NCBI GenBank assembly: GCA_026914245.1
Contig: CP110439.1
Location: forward strand, 992,001 to 1,056,000
Direction: 5' to 3'
Length of the DNA stretch: 64,000 nucleotides
Source: Puccinia triticina
Taxonomy: Eukaryota
The position numbers and the translations under genes were made by a program. The notes below the pieces were generated by a model, which saw only the letters and a list, made by a program, of their open reading frames with translations, was not told where the DNA came from and made no database searches. Below are positions 1-11,606 of this stretch, in pieces (the first letter of the stretch is position 1; each line of letters opens with the position of its first letter).

Positions 1-97
1 TACACAAGTCATGACATGTCACAGGTGACATTCAATTAAGTTGGTTGGGGGGGCTTGCGGCAACCGGCCTCAAAACCCAGCGTGCAGCTGTGTGATG

Positions 98-139
98 GAT
101 GTCCACCCTGACATTTGCGCAAACGTCAGGGTGGACATC
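98..139. repeat. 42-bp near-perfect palindrome in a repeat-derived region
   Basis: gatgtccaccctgac-atttgcgcaaac-gtcagggtggacatc; the 15-bp outer arms are perfect reverse complements and the core has one mismatched pair. Confidence 0.85.
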
Positions 140-2366
140 AGACAGTGTTCATCAACCATTCAACTCCCCTCCTCCCCGCACACTGGATCCACTTTTTGAG
201 ACAAATCCCGTGCAATACCACCGGCTCTCCCTGAGCCTGGCAGCCCACCATGGTTTGGTCCTGTGGGTATCAGTTTGGTTTCAGCACACACATATTACTA
301 CATTTTCACTGACAAATGTAGTAATATGTTTGCACAGAAGATCAGCTGCATCAGTTTGGTGATTTCCCAATCTTTCAGAACTTGAGCAAAACAGATTTGA
401 GAGTTGCATTTGTCTTTGAATCTCCTGATCATGACAGAAACTGCTCAGATCCAAGTTTATTAAATTCACAAAAACATGACAAAAAAGATCTAAGTTTTGG
501 TGTGCAGCCTAAATTGGCCACTGTTGAATAGCTTACCCCCAAACACTAGGTGCAACGGGTAGACTCTCCAGCTTGTGACAGTGCAACAAGAAAAAAAGAG
601 TCGGCATTTTGTTGTCTCAAGCAGGGGCCTAATCAAGCGAAGTAGGGGGCCTGCAGGGAGGGGCCAGGACGGAACCGGAACCCCTGGGCCAAGGGAAAAT
701 TGCCCATCTCACCCTCCCTTTATATACCTGTTGACCAAAGCCTGACATTGGTCTGTAGCTGATCTCGTCTCCACCACCGCCCTGTTGGCCACCCAACCCA
801 CGCCGCTAACGCCTCCGTTGCTCCCCTCCACCATGCTGGCGGCAACCATCACTTGACCCGCGCGCCACAGTTGAACCATTTCACACTGCCTTGCCAAACA
901 CCCCACCCGCCACGCCACATTGGCTCCAGTTGATCAGTACAATGTTGCTCCTGAGACCGACTTATTGTGCACCAAGGCTGGTGGCGAGGAAGGTGACAAC
1001 CGCTGGGTAAGTTTATTTTGGCTTTTTTCACCTGCCCCTAGGAAGCGTTGCCCAAATTTCCAATGAAAGAGCACATACAATGTACACCCATATCAACAAG
1101 TTGCCTGTACCTTTGCCCTGTGGGCTGGCGAGCTTTAAAAGAAAGGCTCTGTGTGAGAGACCCAAAAGGGCAGGCCCGCAGGGTCTCTGTCTCATGGCAC
1201 TTCGGCAGAGATGCATGCTGGTGGCAGTGACGGTGCGCACTGCAATCTGCCCTCGCCAAGTTCAAGGGAGTCTCCAAGGCCGGAGGGGCAGCTCCCTTAT
1301 ATTCCTATGACGGCGTCCCTCCACAAACAGGAGACAACAGCTAGCCGGGCTCTGTTCCAATTGATTATAACGGTTCTGAATCCAACAAATTCGGCCATGT
1401 TCAACATTGACCCAACTCCAAGATTAACTCAACTCTGCCGTGATGGCTGAAGATCAATCAGAAGCTAGCCACCATCACACAATCACAGATTGATGGGCTG
1501 CTTGATCTTGGCGTGAATCTGGCCGAACAATGCGAACCCCGACAAGGATCTCAGTAGCACAAAGCCGTTGACCGCGGGAGCGGTGGCGGAGCCGATGGGG
1601 TCGATCTGAGTTGCATCACCGGTTCGCAAGTCGAGGAGACCGTCTTGAGGACGGACAGAGATGGACTTTTGCCTTACACAAGCACTCTCTAATCGGCTTC
1701 AACATGCCCACGTCCTTGTCTTACTGCCCTCAAACCATCCACCAAACTCGCCACCATTACCGACCGCCAAAAGCCAGAGAGCCCTGTTGCATCGACCACG
1801 TTGCCAGCCAACCAACGGCCGACGATAGCCGCTTGGGCATCAGCCACCAGACTATCTAGAAGGATTCCATGATCAATGGTACCCTTCACAATATATACCA
1901 TCTTGATTTTCTCACCCCTAACGCCAGCACTTCTTTCTCGTTACCTAGGGACCATGCTTGTAGCCCTCCCAGGACTTCTTCCTTGGCTCGATACCCGACC
2001 TCACCCAGGAATTTGCTGACGTTGCCAACACCCATGCCGAGTATGGCTACATCCCCAGACTGGTCCGCAAGACCAGTTCGACCAGATCCTTGCCCAGCAG
2101 CACCATCCCAAATGCCCCCCCCCCCCGACTCGGCCGACCGCTTGCCTACTTGCTTTGACAGCCTTAGTTACTCGACTAACCAGTACTGCTACTGATCCCC
2201 GGGAGGGCCTCAATCCGTCTGGATATGAAAGGTCAGCTGTCTCGCGTAGAGTCCAGAGGCGGCAGGCATTTCTCTTGAAGTTGATGGGTATTTTTTTCAG
2301 CAGGCCCAGCCCGGGTCTACCAAGCAATTCAAACAAGGGCGAGTTTAACACGCAATTCCGGTCCCC

Positions 2367-3720
2367 TTGTCCGAGCTCTCACTCGAACTCGTCAGAAGAT
2401 CTGGCATTCCAAGGCCAAGGAGGCGAGAGAGCGACTCTGAAGCCCTTCTTTGCAGCGGGAGGAGTCTTGATACACTCGAGCCGTCGCCCACAAAGATCAA
2501 GGTCTTCCGGCTTGTGTCCAGCCCGAGCAACGGTGGGCCGCTACGCTACACTACGCTACAGGGCCACTTAGCGTTAGCGTAGCGGCAAAAAGCGCCGGCC
2601 CATTTTGAGTAGCGTTAGCGCGCTGTTAGCGCCGCTACGCTGCGCTACGTTTCAGCGGCGCTAACAGCGCGCCAATTGTTTGTTAGTGTTAGCGCGGCGC
2701 TACAGTCACTACGCTACGCTACGCTACAGCGCTTTTAGCGGAAAAAAAGGCCTTTTTTTCAGCTAAAAGCACTGTGGCGCACCGTAGCGCGCGCTCTTTT
2801 GCGCCCTGCGTGTGTAGCGTTAGCGCAATTGCGCGCATCTGCGCTAACGCTACGCTAACAGCTAAAACAGCTAAATTAGCTGTGCACCCTTTGCGTGTAG
2901 CGTTAGCGCAGAAAGGCGCAATTCCGCTAACGCTACGCTAAAATTTAGCGGAATTCCGCTACGCTACGCCACGCTAACGCTACGGTTAGCGTAGCTGGCC
3001 CACCGTTGGCCCGAGCACCTCGAGCGACGCCTCCAGTCGCGGCGGCCTCTCGCTGCGCATCAACACCGCCAAAGCCAGCCCCAAGATAGAGGAAGTAATC
3101 CCAGCAGCCGCTGCTTCTGCTACCAGCGACGACGAGAGGCCGGCCAAGATCAGCTTCAGCGGCGACAGGAGCAACCATCCCAGATCGATCAGCGGGACGC
3201 GCAAGCGCTCCAAGCAGCTTATCTACGCTGCCGCAGACCAGAACGGGGACGGGGCCGAAGCGCATGGCCCGGCGAGGCCCGGAAGCGCCATCCAGTATCT
3301 GAACTGCTAAACCACTGTGCTTCTCCTCTCTCTCTTCTCTCCAACTGCGAGCCCGAGCTCACCAAGATGTGGGTTTGCCTTCCGACGGACGGGCCAACGG
3401 ACGGACGCAGGAAACGCCGCTCTGGAGACGTGATGCCAATGGCCGGCCGCTCTGTAACGCCTGCGGCCTCTTTTTCAACTTGCATGGCACGCCCCGGCCC
3501 GCGGCCTTTGACACAGGTACATACACACCTTCTATTTTTGTGTTGGTTTGTCGCGAGAGATGTTGATTGGATGGTTGCTCGGGTTTTTAGGCTTTATCAA
3601 GCGCCGCAACCGCGGGAAGAACAAGGACAAGCCCGCCGCTTCCGTGTCCACTTTTTCCAAGCTCCCCCCGCCACACTCACCACACAAGGCCGTGTTTGCC
3701 CCGAATCGCGCCTCGCCTTT
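2367..3720 (+). pseudogene. GATA-type zinc-finger transcription factor remnant, interrupted by a MITE
   Basis: [32 protein letters not shown] at ~3405-3500, then an intron (gtacat...ttttag) and the basic tail GFIKRRNR. The upstream exon ends IQYLNC* where IQCxNC is expected. Removing MITE 2528-3008 and one TSD restores a continuous frame (LVSSPS-TSSDASSRGG). Both ends are uncertain. Confidence 0.7.
2528..3008. mobile_element. MITE (481 bp), CA...TG termini, 7-bp TSD; P-element-like non-autonomous element, copy 1
   Basis: TIR caacggtgggcc / ggcccaccgttg; TSD gcccgag at 2521-2527 and 3009-3015; interior built from gctac/gctaa/tagcg motifs. Confidence 0.9.
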
Positions 3721-4165
3721 CTGGTGGCGCCTCGTGGGGGTGGACTCGGTGTGGCCTTTGGGTGGGTGGTGTTTGTGGGCTTGGGAAGTGACTGGGGATG
3801 GGGGACCCATATTGAACTGTGTTTTTTGAAAATCTCCAGCCACAGGTACACTAAAAGCTTTGTTAAATATTGCTGGAGACTGTGAGATTTTGAGATGGTG
3901 GAATGAAAAACTTGCTCAGCAGTTATGGTTTGGATTTTGGTGATGGGAAGGCACCATGATTTATCAAGTGTACTGTTTCTAGGATTCCTTTTTAATCTCA
4001 ACACTTCAAATCCCAGTTCCAGGCACTAACACTGCCTTAATCAAACCAGAAATACTTGCTATGCCTGTGCAAAGTGAGATGGAAAAACCTCATCAGTGAT
4101 GGGAAAAGATAAGTAAATTTAATGAAGTCCTCTGGGTCACAGGAGTTTATTTATACTTTTATTTA

Positions 4166-4330
4166 TCTATACTTTAACAAAACCTGGATTTTTATGGATG
4201 CATTTCATATCTAAAATTTTCTTTTCAGAGGGCATGTACTGGCCTGTGTAGAAGAATGGGGAGAGGGTCTGATGCTAGAGATGTCCCTGAAGCTATAAAT
4301 TTGCAGCGGCGAAGCCGCCTTGGCCTCTAG
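4166..4330 (+). mobile_element. Short non-autonomous Helitron candidate
   Basis: 3' end: hairpin gcggc-gaa-gccgc (4306-4318), 8-nt spacer, CTAG (4327-4330), then host T. The candidate 5' end A|TCTATAC at 4165/4166 is less certain. Confidence 0.55.
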
Positions 4331-7300
4331 TACTATTCTTATGTCACACATAACAGATGAGATTTACACACCATGGGAGTTTGCTCAGCACTTGCGTGCA
4401 AGTGCCATCTTTGAACTTGGTCATAGATTTGGTTGGATCTCATTTAGATTCTGGTTTGAAGGCAACATTCATGTCTGCCACAAAATATCCTGAAATGACC
4501 TGGAACAATACTTGATGTATTGTGTAATGTATGTGTAAAATTTATGCCATACCTATTCTGAAAACAAGGCCAATTTAATGACAAAGTTTATTTTATCCTC
4601 AATTTTTACCAAAGTTTCTCATGTCTTGAAGATCATGATTTTTGACCTCTTTTTGAACACATACCCTGTTTGTTCCTCAGAAACTATCTTTGTATTTATT
4701 TTCAGGGAATGAACCAAAAAGCTGCCAGTTTTTCTTAAATTGTTTCTATTATGAATGGTTAAAACTCATGATGGAGTGGAGTGAGAATCTGAGAGGTCTG
4801 ATGTTGCTATGGTCCTATGGTTTTACTTTGGCTCCCATTGACTGAGGGACAAACTGTCACACAAATATGTAACGTGTGCGGGCTTGTGTGACACATTGTG
4901 TCACACAAACGTACGCGCGCACATTTGTGTGACACACTGTTCAACAAACAACCATAGCACGCCACGCTGAGTGCCCCTGCAATAACAGGGGCAACGGTGG
5001 GCCGCTACGCTACACTACGCTACAGGGCCACTTAGCGTTAGCGTAGCGGCAAAAAGCGCCGGCCCATTTTGAGTAGCGTTAGCGCGCTGTTAGCGCCGCT
5101 ACGCTGCGCTACGTTTCAGCGGCGCTAACAGCGCGCCAATTGTTTGTTAGTGTTAGCGCGGCGCTACAGTCACTACGCTGCGCTACAGCGCTTTTAGCGG
5201 AAAAAAAGGCTTTTTTTTCAGCTAAAAGCACTGTGGCGCAACGTAGCGCGCGCTCTTTTGCGCCCTGCGTGTGTAGCGTTAGCGCAATTGCGCGCATCTG
5301 CGCTAACGCTACGCTAACAGCTAAAACAGCTAAATTAGCTGTGCACCCTTTGCGTGTAGCGTTAGCGCAGAAAGGCGCAATTCCGCTAACGCTACGCTAA
5401 AATTTAGTGGAATTCCGCTACGCTACGCCACGCTAACGCTACGGTTAGCGTAGCTGGCCCACCGTTGACAGGGGCTTTGGAGAATCCTTTAAAAATTTAT
5501 CTGATTTTCAGTCATCTGTACACAAATCCCTTTGAGGAGATTTTCTGAAGTCATTCACAAACCTGGTGTAACCTGAGGCTCCCCTGGACTTGCCCTAGAA
5601 ATCAAACTCCCTTGGGATAAACTTCAGCAGCTGAAGAATATGTAACATAAATTTACACATGCATGCTAGTGTATCACATTTTTAACCACTGAGCCAAGTG
5701 ATGCCAAGCTGAGTGCGCATGCAGCACCAAGGGCTTAGATGGACCCTTCACAAATTTTATGTAATTTTAAGCAATATGTAAAAAAATAATTTTAGAGAGA
5801 TTTTATGAAGTCATACCCAACTCCTGGTTAATCAAAGGTTTGTTCCCCTGGACTTGTCTCTTAACTTTAAAAATGTTGCAAAAAAAATTCAGCAACTGGA
5901 GAATATGTCACACAAATGTACATGTGCATATTTTTGTGACACAGTAACATATATTAAGCTTCTTGCAATTTATGATAAGCACATGATAAATTGAAATATG
6001 TCATTCCCGTGGGAAATCCCTTGTTTCCACCAAGTATTTGATATTGCTTTGCAAGGAAGTTTCAAATTTCTTCTCAAATATCTCCAATAATACATAGAGT
6101 CAAGTTGGAGTTGTTTTCAAGTTGACTCCAAACCCATTCCAACATGCCTTAAGCTCAATTGAGCATCATCTCAACAAAAATTCATCATGACTTGAGCATT
6201 TTTTGAGTTTAATGTACCAGGATATATCTAACAGGGTTCTTAAAAAGTATTGTGCAATGGCACTTGCATGCAAGTGCCAAGCAAACTCCCATGGTGATAG
6301 TAAATGAAGAAGTTGATTGGGTGTGCTGTCACTGTGTATGGCAAGGGGATGATCATATTGAAGGAACTGTTGGCTTGGATTGCAAGCGGCTTGGATAATG
6401 CAACAAATATTGTCTGGTGTGGATGTACAATGACTTTCTTCTACCTTTCCTCCCCCATCTTCTAGTCCTTTGGTTGGTTCAATAAAAATCAAATCTACCC
6501 AATAATGGTTAGAACTTAGATAAGACATCACCATGAGTTCAACAGGAGATGAACTCCCTTCAGGTATCATTTACACATTGCAAGCAGTTAAATTCTGGAA
6601 CAGTTACCGTAAGAAATCACAGTATGGCACTCTGTGGGAAGTGCAACAGATTCCCCCCTGGTGATTAAAGAATAAAAACAAAAAGACAAGTTAGGTAATT
6701 TACAAAAATTAAACAAGAAAACCAAAAAATGCAATAAGTTTCTCAAAAAAATTTGAAGGTTGAGGAATGACAGTATGACATCTGAAATGAATGATGATAA
6801 GTAAAAAATTGGAAAAAAAAACGATTACATGTGGTTTAAAAGATTTGTGGAGTGAGTCATTCATCAGTATACCTGACATTTGCAAGTGTAATGTCCCCAT
6901 TTTGGCTGCAGATTGTCCACCCACCAAGCCAAACCGTTTTTGGGTCACATTTTTTCATTTATTATCATTCTCTTCATGCTCCATTCTTGCTTTCTGTCTA
7001 TTCACCTTTATCTGAAAAAAAGAATGAAGCTTGCAAGAAAAACATGTGTTTTTTCAACTTTTTTAAAAAATCGCAACTTTCTTTTTCCATTTTTATTTTC
7101 TCATTATATTAATCTTTGTAAGCCTGTTTTGAACCATCACACTGAAAGGAATGACTTGAAGTTGGTGGGGGGAGATTATAGATTCCAAAAAAGTGTGGTG
7201 GATACTATTGTCTACCCACTGTACATATCTAAATTGGTTTATTTTTCCAAGATGGTCCTAATGTAATTGGTATTTTTGGGGTTTGCCTGGAAAGAAAAAC

Positions 7301-8100
7301 CAAATATTTAGGTCTTGGGTTCAATTCCCAACCAAAAAAGGCTTTTTTTGTCTAATTTTGCCCCAGTGGGCCTTTCTCCCAAAAAATCCTCCTCATGTAC
7401 TACCTATCCAAACCGGGTCCATTTGGCAAAACCCCAATTTCCCCACATATCCAAAACCTGGAATTAGCAAGATTTACATGAGGCAGCTTGAGCCTTGGTT
7501 GGGGCTTTCCGGGTTCCTCAAGCAGGTCTGTCATGATGTGTGACAGGACTGTGTAACCTGTAATTTGGTCATGAACCTTTTTGCATGTGGTGAGAATGGA
7601 CAAGTGGCTCTTGTCGCCAAAGCTAAGGGTGCATGTCCTATCATCTTAACTGATTTATAGTCTCTTAGATATTCCAACACATCATGGTAGGAGGACCACA
7701 ATGTTGCGGTTAGAAATCATCATCCATGAAGGATAATAACAAAGGATGTCACCAGTCCCCAAATGATATTGAGATAATTTACAGGTTTTTTATCAATCAA
7801 GGTCTTATAATTTGACACAAATACATACAGTCACCATGCTCCCTGCATTTGAAAGGAAGACACCATGCTGAGCACCTTGCTTCTATCAAGCCTAATAGCT
7901 AACAGGTGAATAGCCCGGCCCCTATTATCTGCTGGCAATATCATGATAGCCTGATGAAAGCAGTGGTATAAGGGCTCCATAGTCCTTTGTTTGTGTATTC
8001 CAGGAAGACGGCTGACCTTCTTGGGAAGATTTATTCCAGGAAGACGTATGGCTTCCTTGGGAAGATGAATGGAGTGTGTTTGCTCAAAGCAAGTTCTTGG
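4331..8100. mobile_element. Decayed, AT-rich, CpG-depleted transposon debris (hosts MITE copy 2)
   Basis: Recurring gtcacacaaa...ttgtgac motifs (4856-4936, 5907-5942); degenerate direct repeat ~5540-5665 vs ~5800-5930; stop-interrupted minus-strand ORF remnants at 6000-6600; 7522-7591 resembles MITE 37422-37717 in reverse orientation. Confidence 0.5.
4992..5467. mobile_element. MITE (476 bp), P-element-like, copy 2
   Basis: Near-identical to 2528-3008 (one 5-bp unit shorter, about 4 substitutions); same TIRs; TSD acagggg at 4985-4991 and 5468-5474. Confidence 0.9.
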
Positions 8101-8410
8101 CTCCTCACCCCAGTCAGTAGCATACAGACTAATAGAACATACATGTACATACCGTGAGACTACATTGTGATAGTCTGTTTCCGTTCCTTGATTTGCCTTG
8201 CCTTTGCTTGGCTGAGATCACTAGATTTCAGCTGGGGAGGGCCAGGAATTGGACTCAGACCCATGCACACAGCCCAAGCCCGCAGCAACCACAAGCAAGC
8301 ACATTGGTTATGTAAATAAAACAGTAACCTGCACTTGCGCAAGCCAGAAGTTGCCTGTGTTGGCTTGAGCCGCGTTCACACCCGGCCTCTTCAACCACTT
8401 CAACCAACCG

Positions 8411-8719
8411 CTTACCTCTTTGCTTCATCCACTCCTCTTGCCACCCTGATTGCTAAAGGGTAAGTCAAACTCATCTTGAAGCACTTTTTTTGCCATTGTT
8501 TTTAGTTGGAAGGGGTTCTGTAGGCCCGGCCCCTTTCACTGCTTAAAACTGACTGCTTCCTTTTCCCATTAACTTGTTCCTCTCACCCCCTGATTGCTAC
8601 CATTAAATACTGATTGAAAGCTTACTATTTCCTTGATATTCAGCAGAAAACCACTTACCTCTTCGCTTCATCCACTCCTCTTGCCACCCTGATTGCTAAA
8701 GGGTACGTCAACCTCATCT
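8411..8719. repeat. 66-bp direct repeat (8411-8476 and 8654-8719) inside the TIR element
   Basis: cttacctcttYgcttcatccactcctcttgccaccctgattgctaaagggtaMgtcaaMctcatct occurs twice. Confidence 0.85.
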
Positions 8720-10460
8720 GCCTCAAACTACAACACTCCATCAAACTTCTCCTCTTCTGAACTCAAACTTGCCTCCTCATCCAGAAGGATTAATTATACC
8801 TCTCGTAGTTGCTTCTTCTCACTACAACACACCATTGTACCCACATTCCTCTCACAACATTGTGGGACCTGATATTTCTGGTTGTGGACCCAACATGACT
8901 TCTTCACAACATTCTGCTTCTCTTGCCAGCTCTCAATTGTCTTCTTCTCACCACAACCACTCGTCCTACTACCAATGTGGTAGCTCTAACCATTCAACAT
9001 CCTTGCCTCCTGGTCCTATCAGTCATCTGTCCATAACAACCCCCAGACGTATCAGTCCTACTTAGCCCCTCAGGCAAACCCACTTCAGAATGCTATTCCC
9101 CACACAATCCAACATACCCAGGGCTCCCATGTCCCTACTCAAACGAGTCCACTTCATCAAGATCACAATATTGTTGATGTTGAGTATGATGACAATCAGG
9201 AATATTACTCTGTCCATGCTGAAGTCAAGTTCCACATATTCCAAGCAGGGCAAGCTGAAGCTATGAGGATACTGGAGCTGCAGTTGGCCCAATGGGAGGC
9301 ATGTCATGGTACAGCATCCCAGGCACATTTTCAACTGGAAGCACCTTCCCATGCGCAATGTGGCAGGACCAGCCCTTCAGGGTCAGGGGTAACGGGGATC
9401 TTGTACTGCAGCTGTTAAACCTAGCACTCGTGGCCAAAACCACAAATCTTACTACTCAATCTCCAGCCCCCTCTTGAGTGCCACAAGGTCATGGTTCAAA
9501 AGCTGTACATGGAAGAGGAAAGAACAATGTCATTCCATCAACCCCACCTACACATCCTTCATCAATTCCGGTTCCAAGTCTTCCATCTCAATCTGTATCA
9601 AGTGTTCATTCTGTTCCACCAGCGTGCTTCAAAAAGAGAAAACTCAAGACAAACAAGCGTGTGGACCTTGTACCTCAATGTTACAAGGAAATGATGAAGC
9701 AAGCTGAGGTGGAGTTGGCCATTGAAGCTCACAAGTATTCAAAGGGTGCAATTTCAGATGCTGATTGCAGATTTTTTGCAAAATATTTTCAAGACCAGTG
9801 GAAGATGATATGCATCAAGGTAATTGAACAAGCAGTATCTATGCCTATGGTAGATGGTTTCTTGTATGTCTATTTTATTTTCATCTGAATTCATTGACAC
9901 TTTCTAACTAACACAAGTTCTGACAAAAACATGGATATCATTTTGGCTGCAGGAACATGCGTTAGGCAATAATTCAAAGGTACCAGGATGGGAAATCCAA
10001 TTCTGAGAAGATTTCTGAAATATTAATAAGGTAGCAGTCACACTTTCTTCAAGCTGTGTCCATTTCTGACTAGTGGTTTTGCGTGCCTTGGCATAACATT
10101 GGGCTCAATAGTATGCTGCATGGGCAGCACTTGGTAGATTCCGCTTGTTCTCACCAGTTTCATTGTCTGCATAGCTTCCAATAAGGTGATCAACAAGGTG
10201 ATTTTGTCCTTCTTTCATTTGATAATGTGTTGCTTGACGAGGTGGTTCCTCTTCAATGTATTCAAGTTGTTGTCCAATGGCAATATTCTGTTCATAGATC
10301 TGCTGCTGCCATTGTTCTTGCAGGGCATCCCTTGCCTGCGCTCTTTGGGTTTGACTTTGTCAGGAGGTTCCTGTGCTTATGGTGTTGGAAAAGGCAGTTG
10401 GTTGGTTTTGTGGCATTACTGGATCTTGTGGTTGGTTGTTGTTTGCAGAGTGGTATAGGC

Positions 10461-10897
10461 TTGGTGGCTGTAGTTGGAGGTAAGGTGTTGAGCCTAAGTC
10501 AAAGTCTAATAAAAATGCAAGATTAATACCACACTCATGATGTGTAAGGGTCACGGGCTTACAGGTATAACTTAGTGTCCCAAAGGGAGGAGGTGTGGTT
10601 TGGTGGCTGTAGTAGGAGGTGAGGATGTTGAGCCTGAGTCAAAGTCTAATAAAACTGCAAGATAACACCACCTCACAATGTGTAAAGGTCACAGGGCTTA
10701 CAGGTATAACTTAGCATCCCAAAGGGAGGCGGCGCGGGTCGGGGGCCGTAGTAGGAGGTGAGGATGAAAGGGAGGCAGTGTGGGTTGGTGGCCGTTGTAG
10801 GAGGTGAGGATGTTGAGCCAGAGTTGAAGTCTAATAAAAATGTAAATTTGTCAATAACACCACACTCACGATGTGTACATAAAAGGGTCACGGGGCT
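10461..10897. repeat. Degenerate tandem repeat, about 3 units of ~140-185 bp, inside the TIR element
   Basis: Units ttggtggc...ggaggt...tgttgagcc...aagtctaataaaa...ggtcac start near 10461, 10601 and 10785. Confidence 0.8.
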
Positions 10898-11606
10898 TTC
10901 AAGTCTCGGACTCCGGGAGCCCGTGCTTTGCGCCAGGAGGGCTTTGAGTTACAAGTTCACTGACAGTCACAGGTATCTGCTGCGTGCAGGTCTGAGTCCA
11001 AGTCCCGGCCCTCCCCAGCTGAAATCTAGCGAGCTCAGCCGAGCAAAGGCGAGGCAAATCGAGGAGCGGAAACAACTATCACTGACACAATGTAGTCTCA
11101 GGGTATGTACACGTACGTTCTATTAGTCTGTATGCTACCTACTGGGGTGCGGCTCCTTCCCTTTTCACGGTTTGAAGTTTACGTCCATCATCATCTCCCA
11201 GCAAGACGACGTCGGAAAATATTCAGACTATAAAAACGGTTTCCTCTCTCCGACTGACGTACAATGAGTATCTTTCACGCATGTTGTTCGAAATTCAAGG
11301 CGGTTTTTCTCTCCAGTATTGGAAATTGGGAGCGGAATATCCCTCCAAAGACAGCCAAGACATGTTGAAATTCTCGTGATGTTTATCGTCCAACCTTTTG
11401 AGATAAAGATTTCCTGTCCTCGAATACTTAATCTATCCAGAATTTGTTTTGGTGTTTTTCGTAAGATAGGCCCAACTCGACGTTGCTTGATCTTGAAGTA
11501 ACCCTTTGCAAACCGTGATATTCATTAGAAGCCTGCTTCCTCCCTCCAGACCCCAGCTGGAACCTTCTTTGGGTTTTCTCCCCCAGCTGAATAGCCCACC
11601 TCTAAC

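Larger units (their letters stand above)
8106..11149. mobile_element. 3.0-kb DNA transposon derivative with ~170-bp TIRs and 8-bp TSD (superfamily unresolved)
   Basis: 8106-~8272 is the diverged reverse complement of ~10980-11149 (caccccagt...actggggtg); flanks tggctcct (8098-8105) and cggctcct (11150-11157); degenerate internal ORFs on both strands. Confidence 0.8.

Noticed and set aside
5109..5400. Ala-rich ORFs
   Set aside because: They lie inside the MITE motif array, so are not evidence of coding.
8106..8272. Strict TpCpG RIP-like signature
   Set aside because: Only 3 of the 8 CpG losses are in TCG context; general CpG deamination explains them.
10461..10897. Possible CRISPR-like array
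   Set aside because: Long degenerate tandem units without unique spacers; eukaryotic context; no cas genes.
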